Position numbers and translations under genes: made by a program | The notes under the pieces: model-generated | The model's input: only the letters and a program-made list of their open reading frames with translations | What the model was told of the DNA's origin: nothing | The model's database searches: none | Source: Eledone cirrhosa | Lineage: Eukaryota | DNA: 64,000 bases | Reading direction: 5' to 3' | NCBI GenBank assembly: GCA_964016885.1 | Contig: OZ024740.1 | Coordinates: 98,394,001-98,458,000 of the forward strand | Shown: piece by piece, positions 51,635-64,000 of the stretch | Numbering within the stretch: position 1 is the stretch's first letter | How the letters are laid out: each line of letters opens with the position of its first letter

Positions 51635-52687
51635 CCAGATAATTTGTTCATGTTTGTATTGAATTCAAATAGCCTTTGACAACAATTTTTGTTGATTTTA
51701 AAAAGCCTTTGATAGTGCATATAGTGTTTCAACTTGGAAAGCATTATGTTACTAGTACTACTAATACATTATATATGAATGTATGTATGTAGCATGGAGG
51801 AGATGGTCATAGAAAGAGCCTGGCTGAAGATACTGTAACTTAACAATGGAACAATAGTGGAATATGTTTGGCCATGTGTTATCCATGTCCATGAAGAGAC
51901 TTCTGAGCACCACTCTTGAATGGAAGTCAGAAGGAGCCAAGGCAGACCTGTAAACACCTGGTTGAGGGCTGTGAAGGAAAACCTTTCAGATATGGTCCTG
52001 ATCTGGTTACAGGGCTTATGTTGTGGCAGTATAAAAATATCTCATCAATCAAGGCTCCAAGAGGAGCAAAAGGTACTAGAGTAGATAAATGTATGCATTC
52101 ATATTCACATGCATATGAATAAAGAATGTAGTTTGTTGACAGAACAATCTTGAACAGGTTGGTGGTGAAGAATTGACATCCATGATTTTGTGAGGGATGA
52201 CTGTTTACAAGGATTGTAGTATCTGGTTAATAGGTGCAGTGCGTGGAAACGAAGGTGAAAAGTTTAAGAGCATGTTTCATATTATTGATATGTGAGGGGG
52301 AGTATAGCAACAAACAGTGACATGTTCTCATCAATCACCTGGTTACTTTTCATAACCAGTCATAATCCAAAAAACTAACATAAAATAATAAAAATATGTC
52401 TTTTCCTCTCATCATTCATATGTGTACACACATACTCATATATATAGAACATTTTCAGTAGTTTCCATCTACGAAATTTCTTTGACAAATCCAGCTATTT
52501 TTAACAGGAAAAAATGGACGTTTAATGATGATGATGATAATGATGAAAAAACCCAAGGTTGTAGATGAAAGTATTTGCCAAACAAGTTAAACAATGGGAC
52601 AATGTGGTTGAAAAACAAACTCCTTAATCACATAACTAATCCTACATCCACATACTTACTTTCATTCAGGCATACACACATTAATAC

Positions 52688-53080
52688 ATACAAGGTATGT
52701 CAGAAAAGAAGCAGGAATGGAGCTGCAAAAACATATTTCAAATCCAAACTACAAAATAAAGTTTTCCCCTTTGAAATAATCACATGTGAGTCTAACTTTT
52801 CCCATCCTGCTCTGCCATGCCTCAATGCACTCCTGAAAGGATTCTTCATGGCTCCATTGTCACAGTCATCTTAATGCTTGTGGCACTTGATCTCCAGTCA
52901 TACTTGATGATCCATGATTCATCACCAGGTATGTCTATCCCAGCAAGTCTGGTTCCATTTCAAGACATTCAGGGATGTCTTGACACACCTGCATGTGCTG
53001 CTCCTTCTGGTTATCATTCAGCAACTCTGACACCATCTCCTGCATACTCAAATCTCCATTGATAATCTTCCAAATGCTGG
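52688..53080 (-). mobile_element. Mariner transposon fragment
   Basis: VSELLNDNQKEQHMQVCQD..EPDLL then GDESWI..YD; TIR-like tacaaggtatgtcagaaaag at 52688. Confidence 0.7.
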
Positions 53081-53184
53081 CATGATTCATGACCAAATTA
53101 ATTTTACAAGGATTTGCTACAAGCATCATGTTTGAACACAAAATCAGTACCAATAACATTAGTGGAGAACTGAAGAAAAACAAC

Positions 53185-56100
53185 AATGGGAATGGTAGAC
53201 AAAATTTCTTTAAATGTAGTTACAGACAGACCCAAAATTATAAATCACATTTATCTTGAAATTACAAATTCAATAACAATTTATTCAATTGCTATAAAAG
53301 GGCAAAAGAAAGGTCCTTCTGTTGGCTATATTAACAGAATGAAATTATACTGGGATGAAAAACATCCAGAACTAAATCACTTCACAGCCAAACAATTACA
53401 CCATCAAATAACTTTTGTTGAATATAAAAATAACATGAACATTATTCATTGTAAGTCCCTCAGATCAAACATGCAATTAACGACAAACACTACTAGACTC
53501 CCAGGTTACTAAACTTTCTAACAACCAAGCTGATCATCAACAAACAACAGCAATACACACACAGTCCCTTGAATCAAGCATGTCAATAAGCATTATGACA
53601 TCATCTGTATCAACTGATTTTAGCTCAACTGCTATGGAAAACACTGTCAATAATAATATGCTTGACATTAGCTGGAAAATCAAAATTATAAATTGAAATA
53701 TACCTTCAGCGAAACTTTCCAGAGAGAAACTAGTTTATGTATATACATTTGTCAGGTGGAACAATATTAAACAACAATATTAAAAAAAAACAAAACAAAA
53801 GAATGAAATTCTGCGTGTTATTGAGGAAATTGAAGCCCCTACAATTTTGCAAATCAACGTCTGATTATATGCGCTAGCAACTACAGTGAAACCTTATCTT
53901 GGTGATAACAGAGATGTTAACGCAATCAAAACACCAGAAAAATAACATCCTATATTACGAAAATAATTAAAAAGATTGCTGACTTGTGAAAACTATAGGA
54001 TATGTGACAATATATCCACATGCAAACAAAAACCAAAAAACCACTACACTCCTCACCAACAAAGAGTGTAAAATAGAATAGAAATGATGTTTGGAGACAA
54101 TACAACTCGAACTGTTTGATCTAAACTGATCACCATCAAACAAGAATTGAGAGCTCTCAGCAAGAATCATTGATACCAGAAGAGGCTGGCTGATAGAAAA
54201 ATAATTAATAAAAGATTCGGCTGAAACCAAACATCAATCTACAGAGATGTTGAGTGTATAGCAATAAATGTCACTGAGGCCCCATCCCATTAAGATATAG
54301 ATTCCTTCTGGAGAAAAATATGGGGTGAAGAGAAGAAATTCAATCAAGATGCAGAGGGGCTGAAGGAGAGCCAAAAGAACTACTGCCCCTACATTTAAAC
54401 AAAAACATACAGCATCAATGATGATATCCTTGAAACTGTGATAGGAAAACTAAAAGATAAGAAAACACCAAGAAGAGACTTGATTGTCGGCTACTGGTAT
54501 AAAAAACTGACATTCTATCAGATGTAACTTATCAACCTCTACCAGCAAGCTCTCAGGGAAGGTGCATATATACCAAGGTGGTTGACAATAGCAGAAACAA
54601 TATTGGTTCCAAAGAACAAAGACACCCACTTGGCAAAAAAATACCAACCCATTGTATGCCAGAATCTAATGTATAAATTGTATATAGTCTGCCTCAAACC
54701 TATTTCTCCAAATTCACTATGACAATAATAACATCATCACAGATGAGCAAGCAGCTAGGAATAAACACGTAAGGGAGTGTGGGTAACAACTGCTAATTAA
54801 CAAAACCATGATGTCAGAGATGCAGCAACATCCACGGAGGAATGTGGTTACTGTCTAGCTAGACTACAGGAAAGCATTCGGTTCTATTCCCAAATTGTGG
54901 GACCATAGATACCCTTCAACTTGCTGAAGTCCCAGACATTATTATCAGAACCATAAGGAACCTTTCTTTTCTTATGCTACTATCCTAAAGTTAAAAGCAG
55001 ACAAGGAGGAATCTATTTTCACTGATAAAATAGAATATCTGAGCAGTATATTTCAAGGTGGAACTCTATGCTACTATTTATTCTGTCATTACAGCCCTTG
55101 TCCTTTCTGCTCAAGACATGTGAAGGATACATAATTGGCTCACAAAAGAACAGGAATACAAACCTAACACATAAGTTCTTTGTAGATGACCTGAAATTCA
55201 ATGTTAAGTACATAAATGTGAGGAAGGAAAATATTTGACCTGGTTATGATGTTCACAAAAGATATAGAAATGAAGTTTTGTCAGTATAAATGTTCATATA
55301 TGATTGTAAAGGAACAAAAAACTACAAGGTAATCTAGTAACATTTTTATCAATGGCCTCACTGTTTCACCAGTATCTTACAGATACCTACGGATTGATGA
55401 GAATATAGCTTATGATGGTATTTCTAACAAGGAACACGTAATCAGAGGACATTACCTTTGATTTTAAAAAAATGGTCATCAAATCTCTGCACACAATAAA
55501 ACAGTGGTTCACAATGTGTTTCCTTATCCTGCCCTAACACTAACATTTAGATTACTCGAGTGGACAATAGATGAAATCTGAGCTATCGATGTTAAGACCT
55601 TACAAATCCTAAACAACAACAGAAACTCCTACATCAACAGTAACATAAACCATATCTACCTGAAATGTAAGCAGGGAGGCAGATGCCTAACATCTGTCCA
55701 GACAGCATTTCAATGTCACATTACATATTTCTGACAAGATCTACAAACCAATAACGTAGGAGCGCATCTATTAAGCAAGTCTGTCTACATGAGACAGATA
55801 CGATCATGAGAGTTGGCAAGAAGCTCCATGAGAAATACTCCCTGCATGTTAATTAAAACCTTGTACCTCATGAAATTGCCCGGCAATAACTCAGTGAATC
55901 CATGGAAGAAAACCTACATTCTTATCAGCAAAATTTCATGTAGGGTTGCCAGGTGGCTCCAAAATGAGAGTAATTTTGATAAGCAAAGCAATATATCTTG
56001 AATCAACAACCATTATATTGGCTCTCACTTTAAAGTATATGCTTTTGCAATCCAAGAACAGGAAATAACTACAAAATACCTGATTTCCAAAAGAATACAT

Positions 56101-56900
56101 GGATGCAGGCAAAACACCTAGATGTGACAAAAATGCAGACTCTTCAGAAATAACATCGAAGATGTCACTCATATAATAAGCAGCTGTCCAAAGATGTCAT
56201 CATAGTACTATCTACCTATGAGGTATTATGTAGTGGCTAAAATACTATATAATGCAATCTGTAGAAAAGATAGCTCCAACACTAAACATTAAAATTTATA
56301 GCAATGTGGAAGACATATACATACATAATATGAAAGAGTACTGGTGGAATGTTCCAGTCAAAACCCCAAGCAAAGCAGACTATATGTAGTGATAGAAAAG
56401 AAAGCATCCACAGTAGTTGAATTCACTTGCCCAGCAGTGGAATTCAGCTGCCAATATAATATTAAAGATTAACAATAAAGAGAACATCTACACAGAACTA
56501 ATGTGGAATCTGCATATACTCCAACCTGACTATACCTTCAGCTGTATACTTGTGATCATTGGAGCTCTAGGAAATGTTAGTAACTGCCTCAGTACAAATC
56601 TCTTGAAGTTTAGTTTCACAGAACCAGAAAGAACACAACTAGTTGGGAAGTTGCAAGTACAATTCATTAATGGAACTTTAAAAATATGTAAAACATTCCA
56701 AAATTGTTGCATATACCCATGTATGGATACAAACATATGCACATGTACTCATATAACTCAAAGCATACAGATCTACACATACATACCTGCATACATGCAG
56801 ACATAGTTAACTAGTTGATGTTGTCTAACTAAATTCCAAAGAAAGAGTTTGCATCAGAAATATGTTAGAAATTGGCTCTTTCTCTATTGGTAAAGAAATT
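53185..56900 (+). mobile_element. Decayed RLE-type LINE (R4/Dong-like)
   Basis: GYINRMKLYWDEKHPEL, LDYRKAF.SIP, IFQG, THKFFVDDLK, YRYL, GGRCL, FAIQEQEITTKY, CRLF...EDVTHIISSCP, WWNVPVKT, VIIGALG; many stops and frameshifts. Confidence 0.8.
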
Positions 56901-57649
56901 ATAAAATACCAGAAGAACATACATATATGCATATGTGACAAATGAGTAGAGCCATTAGATACTCACAGTATATGTTTCATCACTCTGCACACTGAGTTCT
57001 CATCCCACCAAGCTTAACTTTGCCATTTTATACTTCTAGGATTGAAAAATATATGAGTCTAGAATATATGATTGGCACAATTGTTAGAAAATTGTATTGT
57101 ATGTATTTTGATATCTATTCCAGCTCTTTGTATTCTAATTATGTCCTTAAATTTGCCTCATGGCCATCTGACCATATGACCACAGCTGATTATGAATGAT
57201 GCAATGAGTGGGGTGGATTACGAACTTCTACTACTGCTGTTGAAGATTGATGATGATAATACATATTTGTTTACATACATACTTGCATGCATAATTTGCA
57301 TGCATATGCACTCATACTTACATATATATACATTCATACATATACATACCTACACACATACATGTATGCATACATACTTGCATGCATATATTCATACATA
57401 CACACACACGCGTACCTATGTATATACAAATGTACATACAAATGTACATACACATATATATATATGTATGTATATATGTATGTGTATTTATGTACACATA
57501 AATACACATACATATATACATACATATATACATGCATGCATGCATGCTTACAGACATAAATGTATATATACATATATACATTCATATATATACTGCTGCA
57601 TAGTAACTAGTATGTATGCTCAGATACAATTGTAGAATTAAAACAATTT

Positions 57650-59020
57650 TAAAGACGAGAAAACGCATGCTGTGAATAACTTTAGATTTAATCGTGACTA
57701 AAATCTGTCAGAAGTTTTACAGAATATCATTGTCTTTTTTAAATTAAGTACGAATTAACAGTAAATGCACAAAATCATCATGAGTGGAGTTACCACACTA
57801 ACAGACAGCTATAATGAGTCATATGTGAAATCTGTGCAATACTCTTTCTATTTTATACAATGACTGAAATATATACAGAAGTTCAAAAACCCATAATTAA
57901 ACTAAAGACCAAAAGATGTAAGTGAGCAGGTGGAATGTAATTTTTCACAAATATTTAGTCAGATCAGGAAGACCAATATCTATGACATCTTTTCACTTGA
58001 GTTTGCAATATTCATGATTCTTCTGTTGTCTTATAAGTTGTCAATAGTTCTGAATTTTGATTTTGCATCATATTTCTGTCACCATATCCTAATGCACCTT
58101 TTATATTTTTTTTCTAGTTTGTGTTACAGGTTCGAAAATGTGGAAGTTAGACAATTTCATTACCCTTTGTTTTGGTAATAGACCTTACTAACCTCTGAGC
58201 ATGATTTTACGAGACTATCATATTTCTGTTGAATATAGATTCTTCTGGTTTCGTTTCCATGATTTTGGAGAATTTGTTGTATACTTCAATGTTATACAAA
58301 TGTTGCAGTGTTTTTGATTTACTTAACAGTCTGAAATGTATAGCTTGAAAATCAGATATATTCTTCTTTGGTGAAGGTAATCTAACTTTAATATCTGCTC
58401 AAACTGCTCTATGACCAGAAATTAATATTTGAAAGGTAGTTGTATCAGCTTTTGCATTGCAAACAGATCGAATCAGCTTCTTTCTACTCAATTATGTAAT
58501 GTAATTGTCCTTTAGATCTACTTGGGTAACAATATGACCAAAGCTTCCGGCTAGGCTTGTGAAAGCAATTGCTTACTGACAGTAGACCGAACCATTCCAT
58601 GAAGTCAGAAAGATTTTCATCAATGCAGTTTGTGAATTTGTGATTGCTATATTGTGCCATATCTAGATCTAATTGTGCACGGAAACGTCTAACGATGAAA
58701 ACAACATTGTGTGATGGATAAGATTTACGGTAACTGAGAGATCTTCAAGAAAGGTAATGGTCTCATTTTCAGGTGATTGATGATGTAGGAAGTTGCAGCA
58801 TATTATGGTAGTTTGGGGATTTTCTTAAAAGTGGCCACTATTATGTGTGTTGGAAAGATTCTACAGTTAATAATGAAGAAAGCACTTGTTTATTTTAAAG
58901 TAAACTAACACCACCAACTGCAGCATTGGAGTTATTTACTATAGCCAATGATGTAATGAGTGCTAAATCTGAGTTAAGCCAATTATATATTATGCTCTTC
59001 ATGTATGAAACTACATTTTT
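57650..59020 (-). mobile_element. Very decayed APE-type LINE fragment
   Basis: VGGVSLL-like and SGHRAV-like (SDH) motifs on the minus strand; no long ORF. Confidence 0.4.
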
Positions 59021-59749
59021 AACATCTATCTATCTATTTATCTATCTATCTATTTATCTCTTTCTCGATAATCTAGCTGTCGTCTGTTCTACAGCGTAGA
59101 TGTAATTCACTTCGCGCAGAAGTTTTGTTCAAATTTATTGCGGAAATTTTGTAAGTTCAATTTTAATTTTGATACTATTGTGTAGCTTGACCCCCCGTCT
59201 GAACTGTCAGGCGGTGGGTCAGCTCATCTTTACCCCTCATAGGGGTGAAACACCTGTTTTTAAAAATGTTGTGGCATAAAAAAATTTCAATCGTCTGACA
59301 GAAATGTTAAACGAAGCTAACGAAAATAGTGGTGGGGGGACAGCGGTAAGAGTTGTAAGCTCGCACGCTTTTGTCGCCCCCCCCCCCCCCTTCCTTCCCA
59401 ACTAACGTCATAGAGAAGGAAGGAAAAAATAAAATAAAAACATACGAATCTGCGGAGAAAAATGACGAAAACACAAATCTGGACATGGATTCCAACAACG
59501 AAAAAAAAAATTTGAAAAATTGCATGACAATATTAATACCACAAACAAAGACACAACAAACACAAAAATAACATTTGAAAACAACATCATAACAGAAAGC
59601 AAAGCAGACGACAAAGTGAACACCAATAAGATTTCATTTGCACAAACAACAAAGAAATCTTTGACATATATACCTGAAAATATTTCAAATGTGGCACAAA
59701 GAATTGCAGACGCCAAACTGAAGGAGAGAATGGTATTTTATCGGTAAAA

Positions 59750-60415
59750 ATGCCTCAAGAACTCACCAAAAACATTGAAAGTCGAACGGTCGTTTTCCGC
59801 ACCATCAACAACACTTCTAAAAAACCTGAACAGCCAACTCAAACAGAAATCAAAACAGTACTCACAGAAGTACTTAATGAAACCACTTTCATAAGAAAAG
59901 ACAGACTGTATGGAAGCCTAGCGATTATTATGAAGAACGAATCGGCGGCAAAAAAATGTGCTTTGTCACCGATTCGTTCGAAAATGTTTACCTTTTATCC
60001 ATCTTATATGGGTAAAAGAACTCAACGCATATGGCTGGATGCAATGATGCCAGATGTAGACTACTGCTGGCTCATAGCTGGCTTCATCGATCCAGCGAAT
60101 GACAACGTGATTTCCATTGGGAAAACCACAGGCAATGCGTTCAGTGGAACAGGTATAGAGCTTGTAGTGCAAATGAAGCCTGAACGCATCGCCCAAATAC
60201 CCGACAGAATCCTATTAGAGGGCCACGGGTATATAAACATTAGCGTGGAGGGGAGAAGACCGTCCTGTCATATCTGTGCAGGCAGAGAGCACCTGAAGGC
60301 GGCTTGTCCCCAACTCAACAAAACGAAAACCCTGCTACCAACACCATCCACCACCACCACCACAACAGATGAACAAACAACAAAACTCAGTCCCACCCAA
60401 CCCGTCCCTCAGTAA
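59750..60415 (+). pseudogene. LINE ORF1 core (gag-like; zinc knuckle CHICAGREHLKAAC), disrupted on both sides
   Basis: VEGRRPSCHICAGREHLKAACP; flanking Thr/Pro/Gln-rich frames are broken by frameshifts. Confidence 0.8.
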
Positions 60416-61152
60416 AACTACACCACCACCACAACACAAACAGTCACAACACATTACCCCAAAACAAAATACAGGCCCACCCAACCCCTCACCCAATAAA
60501 ACAACACAACCACCGCAGCCACAACACACAACACAGTCTAACATAGTGACATCCATCTCCCCCACAAGATTAAAGGATTAAAAGGAAAAAAAGAAAACAT
60601 GTGCAAAACACACAAGGCCAAACAACCCCCACCCAAATGTCAACACAATCCAACAAAACACAAAACACCCCTCCAGCAACAAACAAAACCAAACCTGCCC
60701 CTCCCCTCTTCGAAACACTCACACCATCCGGAAAAAAGACATTACACTATACTTACATCAACAGAAACAATAATAAATTAAATGAACTCATAAACAATAA
60801 TCCTTCGGTATAAACCGAAGGTGTAAACTTTGTTTCTTCAGAAAACTACCCACATTTAAAATTAATAAAGATCCCAATGAACCTCTACCAAAAACTAAAA
60901 AAGGATTTTAAGGAGGACGTAGGACCACCCTCCGTCAAACCCATAAACCGCGTCCTACTAAAAAGCTTTCCCCCTCCCCTTCTCCTCCCCAACACAACTC
61001 CAAACACGCCAACCCCACCACACACTGACGACCCCACACCACCACAAGACACCCCTTCACCCAACACCCCCGACCCCATGGAAGTCGTGCGACCCGAACC
61101 CCGGGAAGCAGAAAGGTAGGTCACTACACTCTCCTTTGGCTCTGCCGCCCAC

Positions 61153-64000
61153 ATGGATGTGTTAAGAGTAGGATGTTTGAATGCACGTGGCCTGGGCTCA
61201 ACTTGGAAGCAAGCAAAGCTTCTAAATGACCTCAGGTCATGTGGTATAAATGTAATGGTTATCTGTGAGACTCGGATCAGCGTCGTGCGGCAGCTGGCCC
61301 CTACCTTCGATGACTTTGAGGTGCATGCATCTCTCTGTAAACCTGGAGGTGGGGGTGGGTTGTCGTACTGCTGCAAAAACACCTGGGTCTTGCCGTACAG
61401 GTTGTTCACTCGGACCCGGAGGGTCGTTTGTTGGTGCTAGACGTTGGCAGTAGTGAAGGTGCGGCCTTGAGACTGGTCGCCGTCTACTCCCCTTCTTCCA
61501 GCGTTTGGAGACTTTTCTGGGAACGTCGCGTTCCCTGCTTCTAGCGGGGGATTGGAATGACATCCTAGATGCACGTTGGGACTATGCAGGAGCATGTCCT
61601 AATAGAGGGGGTGTAACAGCCTCAAGGGGTTACTCGACCGTTTTAACTTGGTCGATAGATATCGACTAGATTTTCCAACTGTGCCTACCTGGACTTGGAG
61701 AAACCACAGTGGTCAATCTAGATCGTACTTAGATAGATTCTTAGTTAGAAGTAAGGATAGGGACATATTAAGCTGACCAGAAATGCGCACCGTTGGCTAC
61801 AGGGATCACAAATTAGTGACCTGCGTAGTCAATCTCGAGAAAACACATAAACAGGGTCCCGGTTACTGGAAACTTAATTTGTCTTTACCGGCAAAAGAGA
61901 CTTACAGAAGCCGGATTAGCAGATTAGTTAAGGAGAGGTTGACGGGTGCAATCGTCAACAACCGATGGTGGGCATCTCTCAAAAGAGAGATTAGAACAGA
62001 ATCAATAAGTTATAGCAAGATGTTAGCTGCCTATAGGAATAGAAACGAGAAAGAATTAACAGGTAAATTAGAAGAGGCAATCAAGAGCGAAGATGTGGCC
62101 AGAGTGCTGGCATCGAGGACGGCCTTGAACCAGTTTTTCGATGCAAAGCACGAAGGCTGCGTCATTCGAAGTAAAATACGTGCTCTAGGTAATGAGGGGG
62201 CCAAAGCCGTTGGCTGGGCCGCGTGACAGAAGCTAAGAGTGGAAATCGATCCACCATCCGGTCGTTGCAAGACGGAGATGGACGGGTGATCCGGGATCCT
62301 AAGCAGATGTGCGAGGCCTTTCAAAGGCACTTTGCCCGATTGTTCGGGGGAGGCGAGGGTCCGGGCGGGGGCGTGGATTTCGGTCCATACCTCGACGGCC
62401 TGCCGCGTCTCTCGAGCGAAGAGGCAGAGTCCTGCGAGGGACCAATCTCGGCTGATGAGATCGGAGATGCGCTGAGCCAGTGCAGCAGACGCAAATCTCC
62501 AGGTCTCGATGGTATACCTTACGAACTTTATTTAGCAATGCCGGTCTTCTTCTCCGAACTCCTCGAAGCGGTCTACTGCAATTGGCAGCAGAACGGGAGA
62601 ATTCCTTGTTCTGTAGCCAAGGGCGTAGTCACGCTGGTGAGGAATGACGAGAACAACGGAGATAGTATAAATAATTTTCCGCCCATAACCCTGCTAAACA
62701 CAGAGTTAAAGATTTTGGCCAAGGTGTTAGCAAAGAGGTTGGCGCTTGTCGTGGGTGGCCTGGTGGGAGATGCGCAGACATGTGCTATCCCATCCAGGTC
62801 CATTCATGATAACCTCCACCTCATGCGATACATCATAGAGCGGGTTGGCAACAAACCCGGCTTCGGTGGGGCCCTGATCAACTTGGATCAGTCTAAGGCC
62901 TTCGATAGGGTCGACCATGGTTACCTGGATGCGGTGCTAGCGGCGGCTGGGTTCGGTCCTGTTTTCAGAGGCTGGATCACTGCCTTACATAGCAACCACA
63001 TCTGTTCTAGGATCAAGGTGAACGGCTACCTTTCGAAGCCGTTCGAAATCACACGATCCATTCGACAGGGGTGCCCTCTCTCCTCCCTTCTGTACGTATT
63101 GACTCTCGAGCCTTTACTGAGGAAGTTGGAGTTGTTGCAGGGTATCCCCCTGGAACCAGGATTGAGCAAAGCGGTGTCGGCCTACGCCGATGACGTAACA
63201 GTAATGGTATCGACCGACTCGGAGATCGAGGCGATCGGTACCTTACTGGAGGATTACGAAAGGTTGTCAGGAGCGAAACTGAACCGGGAACAATCCATCG
63301 GGCTGCAACTCGGAACGTGGAGAGGCAGACCGATGCCTCCCGACGGTGTCGTCGGACACTGGACGGAGGGCCCGGTAAAGTTGCTTGGGGTCTGGTTTGG
63401 ACCGGACCTCCAGGTGGAAAAGAACTGGAACGAGGTTACGAACAAGGTGTTTGCACTAACCCAGAAATGGGCCAAGTGTAAGCCGTCCCTAAAAGGGCGG
63501 GCGGAGGTGGTGAACATTTACATAGCATCCGTCACTTACTACCACCTGACTGTCGTGCCTTGCCCTAAGGAAACACTCACCACCATGGAACGCATGCTCT
63601 TCCAATATCTTTGGAAGAAGCGCCCTCCTATGGTGAGAAGATCCATCTGCTGCCAACAACCTTCGAAAGGAGGGCTGGGGATGCCGTGGTTGATGATGTG
63701 TAGGCACGCATTAAGGCTACGGCACCTACAGGTATTCCTCACTGGTCAACCGGTGTGGGCTCCGTTCGTGAAACGAGCCTTTCCGAGACTCGTCTCGCTC
63801 ACCGAGCTGCAGTCCTGGGTCAAGCAAAGATCCGGAAAACTGGGGGACTGGCACACTGAGTGTGCTCAGGCGCTCAGGGCTCTCTGGCAAGCGGGCCAGG
63901 CCGTCGGTGGAGAATCCACCTCATCATTCTATAGAGGGCTGGTGGCTAGCAGGGGCGATGACACCCTTGGAGAGTCGCTGGACATGGAAGAGGACGAACT
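61153..64000 (+). pseudogene. LINE ORF2 (APE + RT); APE part frameshifted, RT part largely readable to the window edge
   Basis: VGCLNARGL, ICETR, GDWN, SYLDRF, DHK, GPGYWKLN, KSPGLDG, PITLLNTELKILAKVLAKRL, LDQSKAFDRVDH, RQGCPLS, AYADDVT, GGLGMP. Confidence 0.9.

Larger units (their letters stand above)
59060..64000 (+). mobile_element. Tx1/L1-group LINE, intact 5' end, running off the window; preceded by (ATCT)n
   Basis: ORF1 pieces with a CCHC knuckle; ORF2 APE and RT motifs. Confidence 0.92.

Noticed and set aside
56820-56880. Faint HHR-like spacing at the 3' end of the R4/Dong-like LINE (also near 9560 and 26690)
   Set aside because: Core nucleotides too degenerate to support a call

Overview
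Eukaryotic, AT-rich, gene-poor DNA made almost entirely of transposable elements and (TA)n/(CA)n/(GAT)n microsatellites. The SINE/RTE repertoire suggests an invertebrate, probably an octopus or other cephalopod (inference only). No host protein-coding gene could be confidently called. Recognisable elements: a young, 5'-truncated Penelope-like element (PLE; RT + GIY-YIG, 663-aa ORF) with a 1.5-kb inverted copy of its 3' half (31677-35961); four more decayed PLEs; RTE, R4/Dong-like and Tx1/L1-like LINEs; a non-autonomous Helitron; a mariner fragment; and two tRNA-derived SINE families. The most striking signal is non-coding. About a dozen unrelated short inserts, mostly sitting in (TA)n tracts and often forming tail-out fold-back palindromes, carry type I hammerhead ribozyme (HHR) motifs with palindromic stem III. 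The best case is a near-perfect 591-bp tandem array (36038-38796) with five identical HHRs that have a compensatory U3-A8 core and an alternating A/T variant between units, i.e. a candidate PLE-mobilised retrozyme / circular-RNA system. All ribozyme calls were folded by eye and need covariance-model and cleavage tests.
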